A stretch of 63,275 nucleotides of DNA, filler included, from Bigelowiella natans CCMP2755 (taxonomy: Eukaryota > Protista > Cercozoa): NCBI GenBank assembly GCA_000320545.1. It is 8 parts of 8 records of this genome, joined end to end, with 100 filler letters (N's around TTAATTAATTAA, not from the genome) between each part and the next. Parts side by side here need not be neighbours in the genome. Positions count along the whole stretch, not along the records: positions 9,151 to 15,401 come from ADNK01001728.1; positions 15,502 to 24,008 come from ADNK01000847.1; positions 24,109 to 37,646 come from ADNK01002280.1; 5 more parts are not named here. One strand, written 5' to 3'. The notes under the pieces were generated by a model. It made no database searches. It was not told where the DNA came from and was given only the letters and a program-made list of their open reading frames with translations. Positions 13,897-26,659 of this stretch are shown piece after piece (the stretch's first letter is position 1; every line of letters begins with the position of its first letter). Position numbers and translations under genes: made by a program.

Positions 13897-14897
13897 TATA
13901 TTACTCCTCAGAGTGCACACGAAAAATCACACACAAGCACACGCAAGTTTGCTTTACTATTGCACGAATCTCTCACACCGTAGTCCTCTCCGTGATTTTG
14001 TTGTTGTTAATATTTTCAGTTTTGGTCATTACCAGGCGTTTATACGTCCTAACATCAGCGTTGAAACCTATGTATGTTAAGATCATCATATCCATAGCAA
14101 GAGTAGTAGTAGATCTCCACTATCACACACACACGCACACACACAATTGAATGCATTTGTCAATTGCACCACCATATATCTTTCACTGTTGTATGTGACT
14201 ATGATGATGATGATGATGATGATGATGGATTAAATCCTTACGACTCACTTCGATGGTCAGTATGATGAGTTGGAAAAAAGAAAGAAGTACAAGGATGAAG
14301 GTAGTTACGATATGCTGCTTTGTGCTGCTATGGTGTTACTGCACCCCCGCTTTTACTTACTTGCCAAAGAGAAAGACTAAGACTGCTCGTTGCAAGATAT
14401 ACTGTACTATTGATGACGTCAACGTGTATATTTCATAGGATTGTGGTACTTATTTGACGATGAAACTGTTCGGCGGGTGAGAATCATGCCTTTATCAAGT
14501 GCCAACCGCATGATTACTTGGCAGCATTGCATTGATCACACCATCATGATGATGTTTTTCCAGGCGTCTGCAACTGAGGCAATGGCCAACAACTATGGCG
14601 GGAGAAGATCTGCATATATGCTGGTATTGAATAAACTTCTCTAGACTAATATTTCTACTCGTATTCGCTTTTGGCAGCTACATTGAATAGTTGTTTCTCC
14701 ACATATATGGCAATAATAATAGGTCTATCAAAGGCTTGATGAAATCCATCGTCAAAGACGTATGATGATACCAAATAGCCAAACAAATATATGCATATTA
14801 TTGTTTTGGTGTGTATCTCAAGGCACTGTACTTTCTCGTTACAGCTTCAATCATCAAAAACATAATCTTAGAATCGTGTGTCTATCCGAGTAGGGAC

Positions 14898-14937
<40 letters not shown>

Positions 14938-15060
14938 TCCCATTGATATTGATTTCCTTAGAGCTCTCATCCTCCGGTGCCGCAGCAGTTACTGAGGAGT
15001 CAAAAGAGAAGATGTTCGTGCAAGAGAAGGAGGAGGAAGAGGTATTCATTGCTCACCCAA
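10753..15060 (+). CDS. Ubiquitin-specific protease (C19), USP7/UBP12-like catalytic domain; many small exons; 3'-truncated by gap
   Basis: Cys box FVGLRNLGATCYMNS (~11041-11086), QTLFH, FGWGYGQTFEMHDVQEFNR, KLPRVLHVHLMRFE-YD, His box YALQSVLVHDG...GHYQAFIRP, WYLFDDETV, AMANNYGGRRSAYML. Confidence 0.92.
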
Positions 15061-15142
15061 AAGTTGTTAAGCGAGCATATACGCACATGCACGTGCACAC
15101 GCATGTTGTATGTGCTATATACTAATATACGCACATATATAT

Positions 15143-15187
<45 letters not shown>

Positions 15188-15401
15188 TAAAATATATGTG
15201 TGTGTAGATATACTAATTTTTATGTGGAGCTCTAATTATGTCTCTGAGGCCCCCCCCCCCCCCGCGTCTATGGTCGCTTAACAAGTTTTGGGTGAGTGGT
15301 GACTAGAAGTTGCTTCTCATTCTATGGCACGATTATCATATCATTTGAACTCTCAGTCTCTGATGCGGGTTTTGTGGGTGGGGAGATATGGGAGAATCCT
15401 T

Positions 15402-15501
15402 NNNNNNNNNNNNNNNNNNNNNNNNNNNNNNNNNNNNNNNNNNNNTTAATTAATTAANNNNNNNNNNNNNNNNNNNNNNNNNNNNNNNNNNNNNNNNNNN
15501 N
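15402..15501. other. Artificial contig spacer
   Basis: N44-TTAATTAATTAA-N44. Confidence 0.99.
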
Positions 15502-15539
15502 TCATAACAATGATAATAATAAACAATAATGATGACTAT

Positions 15540-15636
15540 AATGGCAGTAATTGCTGCTCTTCTGATCGATAGCGTGACGACAGGCAGGTACGGGAAAAAC
15601 CATTCTTGCTGTTCGAAAGCATACGTATCTGTCTGC

Positions 15637-15684
<48 letters not shown>

Positions 15685-18600
15685 ATATCCTTCCCCCCCC
15701 CCTCTCGTGAGTAGTGTTCGCTAAGCTACAACTACTACTTCTACGGTGTGGCTTGTGATGAAGAAGCGTTTGTATTCCAGGGCAGGCATCGACCGCGGCA
15801 CGTCCCTTATTATTATTATTATTATTATCATTATTATCATCATACAGCAGCATACAAACATCACACAATCAAGGCAAGCACAACATAAGATAACTTGTGT
15901 GCTCGTCAGCATCGCCTTCCCTCCCTCCTTGATGACGACAACAGACAGCGGCTCTCGACCCACCACTCACTCGCTCACTCGCTCATTCGAATATGGTTAG
16001 TCCTCTCTCTCCCCCCCCCCCCCCTATCCAATGTGCTCGAATCGCAACTTCCACACCAGCGGCCTGACCCCAGTGTTAGAATGGTAGGACAAACAAACGA
16101 ATCGCCATCATCACCTTTGAATCTTATACACAGCCTGGCGCATGTCCTTCGGTGCCTCCCCCCTCGCACACGCAGCTACTAGCTTGCGAGCCTTGAACGT
16201 CAAGCTGCGGTAGAGCCCAGGATTTCCCAGCCGCTACGATGTACCATCAAACCTCATTGTTACTTACCCAACAACAGCCAGCAGCAACGACAACGGCCGC
16301 TACCTACTACTACTACTACTGCTACAAAGGCTACACAATACTGAATAGGAGACTGAATAGGCACGCTCATGTGCATGGTGCAAGATAGGTTCGTGTTGCT
16401 GCTCTCATTGCCTGTGATCTACTCCCCGATGCCGTCTCCCAGAACCGCGTTCGCCGACTACCGCTTGGGTTGTATCTGAGGATATGATGATGACGACGAC
16501 GACGACGACGACGACGATGATGATGATGATAATGGCGGTGGTTGTGAAGGAGGAGAGGGGGGAAGGGGAGGATCATCATAGTTCATCGCTAGATGTATGG
16601 CATATATTATTTCCAGCAACACTAATATAAGTTTGCACGCATATGCACGACTACTACTGCTTCTTTGCTGCCATGTATCTTCACAAGTCGCTCTTATTAC
16701 CCATTCCAGAGGAAGTAGGAAGCTATGGGTCTTCGGAGAGAGTGCAGGCGCCAGTAGTCCTCAATGATGACGTCCCATCCAATGTTCTTCAGCCGCCTCC
16801 TCCGGGAGGAAGAAGAAGATGATGAAGAAGCACGGGAGCGAGCAGAGGAGGCCATCGACGTGGAAAACGGAGATGGCGACGAGGACGACGAGGACGACGA
16901 CACAGAGGCTCTCTTCTTATTGCCCCTGCCACCCCGGTAGCCATTGCTAACCTTTTGAACGTGTAGTAGCGAGTGCTGCTGCTCAGCCCTCGTTTTGCCG
17001 TCATGGCTCATTTCAGCCGCCGCATCCTCTGACTTATCGCCATCAGCAGCAGCTTGCCTCTCGTGTACAGTTCCCCGTCGTCGATAAAACAAGGAGAATA
17101 AACTATTTCTCCCGCCTGCCAAGGCTGGCTGCTGATGTCCCTCCCTTGGTGGTGGTGTTGTGGTGCCTAAAATGCCTGAAACAGCTGGACGATATCCCAT
17201 TCCAGGCGGATGGCTTCGACGATTTCCCGCCTGCTTACCATCCCAATTGTTGTTGTTGTTGTTGTTGTTGTTTCCCTGATGTTGTTGCGGATGGTGGTCA
17301 TCCCGCCGCCGGGAAGTAGTCGCTGAGATAATTGTATCATTCTCAATCTCCATCTTCCTCCCAGCGGTACTACTGCTGCTACTGCCGCTGCTTTTATCAT
17401 TATAATTATTGGTTTTGTTAGCCTGCCGCTGCTGCTGCTGCTGCTGCTGCTGCCTGGAGAATAAGGAACGAAAAGCTTCGAGTCCGGTCATTAAGCCTGT
17501 GGAGCCATCACGAGCACCATCATCAGCACTGTTCTGACGGCGGCCTTGGTCCTTTCTACTATCTTGCATCTGTGCGGCGTTCTGTGGCTGCTTCTTTGGC
17601 ATGCTGGTAAGGGCGGGAGTCTTGGTTGCTGATGCAGTACTATCCAGGCTGCTGCTATCATCACCTCTCCCTGTCCTCCTAGTTCCTATATCCGAATCTG
17701 CCCGATAACTCCCGCTACTACCTCCATAGCTCGTGCCGACACGGTGGCGATACTGGTAATTATGCCTCATCACGCCAACTGCCTCCTGCCGCCTGCGCTT
17801 TAGAGATATGGAAAAGTCTACCATCGACTCGTTGCATGCTGCACAAGTCCTGCAAATTTTGTTCGTAAGCATGTCATCACGGATCAATAATAGACTGTGA
17901 GAGAGAATATAAATTTTAAAAACTCACCCGCGCTCTCCAAAAACCCAAGAATTTATTGTGTGTGTGTGTGTGCGTGTGTTCGTGTGTGCATGTGTGCGTG
18001 TATGTGTCCATGTGGGAAGGATCTAATCGGATTTCTGTCGTATCATATATGAAAATACGAGACTGCCCGCTTCTGTGTATATTCACTGTAGAGAGTCGGA
18101 ATTTTTTTGAACAGACCGAATAGTTCCAAGAATTTTTGCGCGAGCAGTGGGGGCTGGTACAGCGGTGCGGTGGGGGGTGCAGTTCCCGCAGAGCAACCTC
18201 CTGCAATTCAGAATTTACAAGGGATTTTATGGACACATCAAGTATTGCGACAGTAAAACTCAATGGCTCACCCGCAGACTCTACAATGATGGCGCCGTTG
18301 GACAAAGTCTAAGTGAGAAGTAATCGTGAACGATAGAAAAATTGAGGCGGCTACTAGATGATCATGAATTCGATTTGGGGGGAGCTAATTTTACTGAATG
18401 TGGCCTTGCACTCTTGACAGCTTATTGAAAGCCTATCCCCAACCCAGGGGACATGATCCAGAATGGTCACTAGTGGCATCCTAGGAAACAGATTAAATGT
18501 TAGTTTTCACCTCAATGTACCCTAAATAAAAGGTTCCACAAGCACGATGATTCAAATACAGGTAATGTCACGCTCAGACGAGGCAACGTTCGGGTTGCCA

Positions 18601-18910
18601 TCGCTCCTCTGTGGGAAGATTTTGAGCTGTCAGTATTCCAGAGTGAAATCTGGCACTATGGCTCGGATGCGATTTCACTCGGTGCATTTTCATTCGGAAC
18701 TTCCTTTTCTCAGAGGCGAGTGAAACAAAAACTAGCAACAAACTTGAGGAGGGCACGAGTCATTTTTTCAGGAGAAAGGGGAAACATGTCTCCAGAAATC
18801 CTGTATCAACAAAATCGGCCCAAGACTCGATATGAGAAGGAAGAAGTCACAACCTCTGCGCCTGGGACGAGGCGGCCTTCATTCCATCCTCGTCCTTGAG
18901 GTCCATCTCC
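15540..18910 (-). CDS. FYVE zinc finger + low-complexity linker + Rab-GAP TBC domain protein (3'-truncated by gap)
   Basis: Spliced FYVE: WVGDRLSISCQECKATF / QRRHHCRVCG / RLLCGNCT ... CRTCAACNE. TBC-like start RTRFWETASG and Arg-finger motif KIQR|DVPRSMP (IxxDxxR). Start codon uncertain. Confidence 0.78.
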
Positions 18911-19226
18911 TCTGAGAAGACGACAATAAGTTTGAAGACATAAACACAGGTCATTTTTCACTGACGACATCAAATTACTCACAAGAGATTATGGGATTCG
19001 GGAAGAAAAGTGTACGACAAGGGAAATTCTTTGCCGCATGGCCGATTCTCTCGGCTCCCCTTGCCTCTCTAAGCGGTGTTCGTGAGTACAGTACCACTGC
19101 CCTTTCTCCCGGAACCACCTCTCCTCGTCCTCACGCTTCTCTTGCGTGAGGATGGCTATGTGAACGGTTCGCAATCTCGAGGAGAGGAATCGGAAAAACC
19201 GAAGCGATAGTTCAGAGCAGGAGAGT

Positions 19227-20367
19227 ATGTTGAAGGAGTTGGCAATGACTTGGAAACCCAAGAACGGAAGATCTATTTGGCAGGCTTTTACTCTTGTGTC
19301 GGCTTTACTCTTGAGCATTTTTCTCGCATTTCCTTCACGAGGTGGAAATCTTTCGGCTTATACCAAACCTGGATTCTCCTTGTTCTCTCGGCAATCCATC
19401 ATTCGTCCGGCTAGCTTCAAATTGCTACCATTGCGTCGATTTCCCCTTCGAGAAAGATTTGTTGATCTTCCGAGATCAGGGCTAAATGCTGCACCACCGC
19501 CACCGCCGTCCGACTCAGCTTCAACAGGGTAAGTATTCATCTGAATTTCAGCGAAAATAAGATCGTTGTCGTGATTAGTGGCATTTATCAGAGAAACATG
19601 GGAAGCTCTATTCCGCTGGATTAGAGACCACGGTAAAAGAACGATGCTGGGACACGTTACCACACGATAAATTCTATCATTTTCCGAAGATTTTGCCACT
19701 GTGGAATCTTTAATGCCAATGAAGACACGCAATTATGCTCATTAATGTGCTTTCTATCCTTCTTCCGCACATGACGCTCTTGAACAACTTAACTTGTACG
19801 ATGCACATAAAAGGGGGGTACGTACATGAGAGTCTTCGTGTTGTCGATGAGGCCCCTTGCGGGGCAAGAGGTAGCCCCCCCAGCGTTTTTGTGATCATGC
19901 GACGTGTCTGGTAGACGTCCGTAGCGCTAGAGCGTATGATGCAAGCATGTGTATTCATGTGTAAGCATCTAATACCATCGTGATAATTGAGAATGTGATT
20001 ATGGAAAATGCTGAGTACTCCTTGGCTAATTGTGCGAACGGGTGTGTAACAAGTGAATGAAGATCGATCGTAATATTATTGAAGAGAGATGAGATATATG
20101 TATCATTCTGCACACGAGCCGTACAAAGAGCGAGAGAAGGTTCTTATCCATGTCCATTCTGATCTACGTTTGTAGATCACCATACACGTTTATCCTGCTC
20201 ATTATTTCAATTATGATCATCATTCAGGGGTCGTGACGACGTCAGATTTAGCTCCTGGGACACCTCTCTTCATAGTACCAGAGCACCTTTACATCACATG
20301 CGAGGTCGCTTGTGTAGAATGAGGATGGGTTACGTGCAGTATACATTATTCATTTAAAATACAGTGC

Positions 20368-20436
<69 letters not shown>

Positions 20437-20743
20437 GTGTGTGTGCTTTTTGTGTGTGTATGTGTGTGTGTGCGCGCGCGCTTTTTGTGCGTAAAGTGTC
20501 TATCTTGTTGTCATTATGCATTCGGTGGCGCGTGTTAACAGGACGCCAGGAGAATACTCGGCTTAACGTTTAAGTTCCGGAGACATGTACCGGACTTAGA
20601 TCAGCTTCCTTATGCTCTGCAGCTGGCGATCCTAGTGGCAGCTGAAAGGACGGTACTGTAACGATGACTGAAATGTTTGCTATGATTATGGTTATGTTGG
20701 TAGAGCCAGCTTATTTGTATGTGTGTTTGTGTGTGGCGCGCGC

Positions 20744-20811
<68 letters not shown>

Positions 20812-21728
20812 TTTTATGAGAAGAAAGAAGAGAGAGAGAGAGAGAGAGAGAATCAAGCGGTAAGAATCTGAATACCATATAATCCGTCGACTTTTCTTTT
20901 TGCAGAAAGGAGCCACTTCCCGCTGGTATCCATATCTGAACTCTCTTCCCCAGCAACCGTGTAATATCTGGGCTAATACGATCTTAACTGACAATGACGG
21001 GAACGTGGATGATATTGACTATGAAGCCATTGCCCATCTTTTCCCCTCGTCCTTATCATCGGAGGAAGTGCTGCGAATTTGGAGTCGAGTTGTCCCGGAA
21101 GCGATGCGTATACGGAGGGATCTTACTACGGTGGCGAGTATCATCAAAGACAAAATTCCTAGTCTTGGCATCACGAAGGTTCTGCTCCATACGATGGTGG
21201 TGGTGGTGGTGGTGGTGTCGTTCTCTGTGCGCTGCCCCATAGTGTTCGGTTCCTTTTTTTGTAATTTGTCTCTCTCTCTCTCTCTCTCACTCTCTCTCTC
21301 TCTCTCTCTCTCTCTAACTCCTTATCTTGCTTAAATAGAGAGATAGAGGGGGGGCAGGAGGAAAGGGAATGGATTGTTACAAATCCTATTTAGAGGTTGT
21401 TTCTTCCTCATGTACATTTCCTCATTTGCACTGGGAAAACGTAATCACCTTGAAACACCTGATATGATGGCTGTAACAACGACGGCATTAATAGGAGAAT
21501 CTTTTCTGGGCGTACGGCATGGTGACTTCTCGCGCATTCGGCAATGAAGGTGCAGGGCGACAGCATTTACACTTCATGCAGACCAAGAGGACTTAACTGA
21601 AAACAGACACAAATGATTATATGATTGTTCCCTCCTGCTGCTGTTCTACCCAACTAGACGATGAGTTTGGCCTAGCACCGGGGATTGACATGATGAATCA
21701 TAGGTACAATAATCCCGTTTCCTAGTTC

Positions 21729-21803
<75 letters not shown>

Positions 21804-22638
21804 GAGGAAAAGATAAACGTGAATGTCAGTCATGATCGTTTGACGTGATCTTTAAATTTGATCAATTAATTTCATGCACCAATCAGGTCCAGTTCCGGGT
21901 GCCCGTTCCCCGTGAATTTCCAGATGGAATTTGGGCCAGGTTCGACTAAGCATTTAGATCGTAGGGAGGGAGGAACTCAAATAAGGAAACCCACGGGAAA
22001 AACATCAAGAGGATTGAAATCATTTGAGTAACGATATTTTGAAGAGAGGAAAAATACAGCTACGGAGATGTTTTTTCCCGTCTATCTTCTGAAACATATG
22101 TACGCACAATTGCCACCGTAACATTGTATCCCTTTGCTTCATCTGCTACTATAAATAATGTTATCATAGCGACAATGGTGTCATTGAGCCGTGATAGCCT
22201 TCCCAAGTGTGCGTTGCCTTCGATACCCGACACGCAGTATTTCTTGCAACGCGTTAAATTTCGGGGGCATGATAGACAAGGAGATGACGGTAAATGGATG
22301 GCGTGTAGATGATTCGAACGTAATTTGTATGTCTGTGCCTTTTCATCACAACAGTCTTCCACGTTTCTTATGTTTCGCTTTCTTTGTTTCAGGAAATTGG
22401 CCTTGTGCATGCGTCCTTGCTCAAGATGGAGACGATACAATCGCTCTCTTACAGAATGAGGTTTGTGAAATAGATTTATGTGACAAATTATGTGATCACT
22501 ACTTCTCCCACCACTGATGCTACACCATCATGCCGAACGGAACACATTTATTAACCTTCATCACAGGAGGCGATGCTGTCCTATGCCTCGACCATGTCGC
22601 CCGAGAAATCTCTTCTGAATTTTGGATTCGTCTTGTGA
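19227..22638 (+). CDS. SET-domain protein-lysine methyltransferase (Rubisco LSMT/SETD3-like) with bipartite leader
   Basis: Spliced: WEALFRWIRDHGG...GARGVVTTSDLAPGTPLFIVP...SRWYPYLNSLP...LFWAYGMVTSRAF...LAPGIDMMNH...EAMLSY...LLNFGFVL*; N-terminus has a hydrophobic stretch (AFTLVSALLLSIFLAF) then an R/S-rich transit-like region. Confidence 0.92.
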
Positions 22639-22679
22639 TGCTAGAACAGCTCAATGAAATGAACACAATTTGTTCGGAA

Positions 22680-23330
22680 CTCTAGCTCTGCACGCATTTT
22701 TGTTTCAAAAATCCATCACACATCATGGACATGCATGTCTCTAGTGTCTAGATGTGCCCATGATTAGACAACATTCACCTGACTAGCTGATTTGGACATC
22801 TAGACATGCGCAGCACAACTGCACGTCTAGACGTGCACTCTATTTGGATCAGAATCACTAATCTGCACCAGTGCAGTTGACCTAGCTAGCTAGTAACAGA
22901 AATGATCCAATGCACTCTCACATTGTGCTGACAATGCCAGAATGGCCAGATGGTCCTGGCATCACTAGATCGCTAGACCGGCGCGCCCTTCGCTAGTTTG
23001 CATCCTCTGGATCCCAGCATCGTGACGCGACAGCTAGACAGCAACAATCTGCGCACACTTTCTGGCTTTGGCTGGACAGATGCGCATGACTTGACGAGCA
23101 TTGAATCCTCATGCGTCAAACGTCCATTGTCAAGCGTCACGCAACCCAGCAATCTACCAGTCCAGACAGCTAGTTGGCTGCTTGGATTGCATGTATGCTT
23201 GTGCTGATCATTGTGCTGGAAGTGACGAAGTGTTGCGTGTGCACTTTGCAAACTTTGTGCACACAAGACGTGACTGCAACGTCTGTAGCGCGTACCACTA
23301 CGCGGGCACAAGTCACGTGCGACAACAAAG
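22680..23330. other. Palindrome-rich 3' intergenic island 2, CTAGCTAGCTAG core at 22882-22893
   Basis: Many TCTAGA/GCTAG/TGCA/CATG words directly downstream of the SET gene stop. Confidence 0.8.
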
Positions 23331-23381
23331 GGGTTGTCGCGGATATAGAATATAGATAACGTAGATATTAATACAGCATAG

Positions 23382-23467
23382 GCACGTGGGTTCCGGCGGG
23401 ACTCATGGCAGCACACCGGAAGTGTGCTGCCCCACGTGCGGCGGCATTCGCGAAAGCTTCGCGAATG
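23382..23467. repeat. Tandem perfect inverted repeats (two 10-bp stems, the first nested in an outer stem)
   Basis: GGCAGCACAC-cggaa-GTGTGCTGCC (23407-23431) inside GCACGTGG...CCACGTGC; CATTCGCGAA-agc-TTCGCGAATG (23445-23467). Confidence 0.9.
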
Positions 23468-23719
23468 ATTACGCAGTGCACGATTTAATAAAAATATAAT
23501 CTTTAATAAAAATAAACACAACTCTTCAAAAGGAAGCAAACGTGCCTTTCCCCCCCCCTGCCTACTTGTGCACGTAGCGCCTCGGCCTGTGAACACCTTA
23601 CGCGCAACAACCTTTTGGCTTCCACACACGGGAAACGATTTGACTAACATGGTCACAGCAGCTAGATGAACAACATCTGACTTTGGCTCGCAGCCGTGCA
23701 AGGGCACCAGCAGAAACCG

Positions 23720-24008
23720 GAAAGGAAATGGCGATACGGACGCTAGGAACGAGGAGGAACACCTCCCCTGGCACCCGGCACTCGTGGAGTCAAAGACTGC
23801 CTGGCGCTGTGATCAAAACGCTGTGATCAAAAGTGTGTCAACACTCCTGAACGAACGAATGAATGAATCAAGTGATTCCAATGATGCAGCAAAAAGCACC
23901 ACCTCTTTGTGTTTTTGGAATGCCAATGGTCCATGTGAATGTGAATGGATGGATCAGTGTCATCAGTGGACAGATGAACTGTCAAGATTCAGATCCGTCG
24001 TGTGGACG
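23720..24008 (+). mobile_element. Possible 5' fragment of a degenerate non-LTR retrotransposon (APE endonuclease start), cut by gap
   Basis: Intronless open frame containing TSLCFWNANG, which resembles the first strand (xxWNxNG) of EEP/APE endonucleases; contig ends immediately after; one motif only. Confidence 0.25.
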
Positions 24009-24108
24009 NNNNNNNNNNNNNNNNNNNNNNNNNNNNNNNNNNNNNNNNNNNNTTAATTAATTAANNNNNNNNNNNNNNNNNNNNNNNNNNNNNNNNNNNN
24101 NNNNNNNN
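24009..24108. other. Artificial contig spacer
   Basis: N44-TTAATTAATTAA-N44. Confidence 0.99.
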
Positions 24109-24184
24109 CAAAAGGGGCGTAAAACAAACCCCAGCCAATCCAATAGCATTGAAATGATAACCCCTATTCCAACCAGGTTTCTTT

Positions 24185-24815
24185 CTAAGCGATCAATGTA
24201 AAGCATCTGCAGGGCCCCTTTCGATGTCTTGCGCAACGTAGTGCCGAAGGTCCTCGGGTTGAATCTGGGCGGGGGGGGGCAGCATTCCTGAGGTAGGCCG
24301 TGGCCGGGAGGAGAGCACCGGCACGCGACACGCAAGTTAGAACGGTTTCACAAGAAGGGAATGAGCACCGAGAAGAGAAAGAGATGGTGGATTGCGCGAG
24401 TGGATGAGTGGACGAATCATACATTTGCCGTTTTGCAAAAGGAAAAAGCGTTTATCGGTCTTTCTTCCTGCATCTCAGCTCCTAGAGCCCTTGCTCGGTT
24501 TTAGAAGCATTGCACCGTCTCTATAACCCCCCCCCCATCCCCCCCCACTATAGGAAAATACCTCTGCGCTGGCGCTGGTAGTAGCGTTTGGGAGTCAAGG
24601 TGAAGTACACTTCATCCCCAGGCTGGAGATCTGCCTTTTCGAATTCCTGAGTAGTGAGGGTGGAGACAGAGAAGAGTAGCAAGAACGTGCGTTGTGAGAA
24701 GACTAGTATCACGGTTGCAAGAAACGACTGTAGAGAGCAATAATCAGGCGCCTTGTACCCCTCCCTCCCCATCCGCTCGTGAGTAGGATATAATAATAAT
24801 ATTATATAAAAATGC

Positions 24816-24860
<45 letters not shown>

Positions 24861-25039
24861 TTATAAATATCATTATGGTTCGAAATCGGACCGAATACTT
24901 TTCCACTTCGTCACCTCGAAAATAAACACCTATAGCCTTATCTGCTTTGCCATCGAGATGAAGGGGGCCGGCTGCTTCAAGCACAACAGAAAAGAAAAGC
25001 ACATCCTTTAATATCCTTTCAATTTCAGCTGACATAAAT

Positions 25040-25083
<44 letters not shown>

Positions 25084-26334
25084 ATGTTTGTGTGTGTGTG
25101 TGTCAAAAGCAATTGCACGGTGCATGCTTTTGAATGATGGGCGCGTCGTATCTTACTCGATATGCTAGTAGCGTTGCTCCCGTCTCCTCTGCTTTCAGAT
25201 AGGTTATACCAAACTCTGTCTAATATTCCGAAGTTCTTTGCACTAGCAAAGAAGCGAACACGTCCTCTCTCTCGCCCCTCCCTACGAGCCTTTTCATCTG
25301 CCTGGCCCTGGAGTCATGCCAGGGAGGGGGGGTGGGGGGAGGGGTAGACATCAGACTCAATGAGCTTGCCATTAGCTTTGTCATCAGCCACCGGGTATGA
25401 CTCGCTATTTATTACCCTGAAAGCATTGGCCCGAGATTCTGCCAGCTTTTCGATTTCGAGGAAGGTCTCTCTACGCTTGTTCCTCGCCAGGTAGTTATTC
25501 CACTCAAGCGTGTGGTTCCATTTCGGTCTGGGGGAAAAATGAAGTAAGACTGAAAGGGGGGGGGGGGGGGAATGGGCGGGAGGAGACGCAAGTGGCCGTC
25601 TATTCCCTCCTGATGATAAATATTTAATTTTGTCGGTGTGTTTTTGAATTTTCATATTTGAAACCATTCATTTTTTTTTAACCACTTGCGAAGGAATATA
25701 TAGCGGAAAGCGGACTTACATGGAGAGCATATAAGGCTCGTATCGAATAGGAGCCTTGGCGCTGAAACCGTTGCATACATTGGTGTTATATCCGAGAGCA
25801 GAACGAGCACAGAATGTTTGTAATGTTTACTATCATACCGAGGAGCTTGACCATCATCCGAGCTGATCGATGCAGTTGTAGAGAGGGCCTACGACATTTG
25901 CGTCATTAGTATCAACCACCGAGAGAGAGAAAGAGAGAGCTGTGCTCTGTGTGCAAAGTAGCAAACCTGTCGAATATTTTTCCTTGAACCTGACTCCTGA
26001 TAGGAGCCTTCGCCATTCCCAGGCGCGGTAGCTTGGAGCTTCGCATCCCCCCCCAACCATCGAACAGACCTGACGAGAACGCCCACTACACCATGCACCC
26101 CACCGCGACCGTTCTGTCCAGCATTCCAATTTCCGACCTATATAGCAACAACCAAGGCCCAACCGAAGAATGGAATCGCATCAAAAACGCTGAGAATGCA
26201 GACTTTGTTGGAATTAATGCAACTCTTGGAGATTTTACATTGCCAAAGAACACGCAGAGGCCGAGAGTCACCAGAAGAAGATGGCCGGACGCATTCCGCG
26301 TAACAAAGTTTCTATTTCGTCTCCTCATCTGCAC
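24185..26334 (-). CDS. Cold-shock-domain (OB-fold) nucleic-acid-binding protein with signal-peptide-like leader
   Basis: GRVRFFASAKNFGILD (CSD beta1/RNP-1-like), IGVYFRGDEV and DLQPGDEVYFTL across exons; N-terminus MRRRNRNFVTRNASGHLLLVTLGLCVFFG. Confidence 0.6.
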
Positions 26335-26659
26335 GGTTCTGCTGCATCGAACGGCGGCGTCAGGGCCGCCGGAGGGGGGAGCTCGGGTCGGATCGGGAGC
26401 ACTCCCGCTCCCGAAAGCATTCTCACGCAGGAAGTGGGAAATTCAACAAGGCCAACTTTTGACCCGATAACATCCTGGGAACCGTTTAACTTATAAAAAT
26501 GTTATTTTTTAGTTTGCGACATAATTAAGTTCGTGTCGTTATGAAGTTAATGTGTCCTGATTTACCATACATCGGAGACCTCTCAGAGACTCCGAATCTT
26601 AAATACCCAGAATGCCGGGATTTTATAAGGAACGACGAGGATCCGTCGGGCCGAAAGCA

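Noticed and set aside
22973-23707. 244-aa minus-strand ORF and other ORFs within the palindromic islands
   Set aside because: No recognisable motifs, and the C/H/A/R-rich composition simply reflects the TGCA/CATG word bias.
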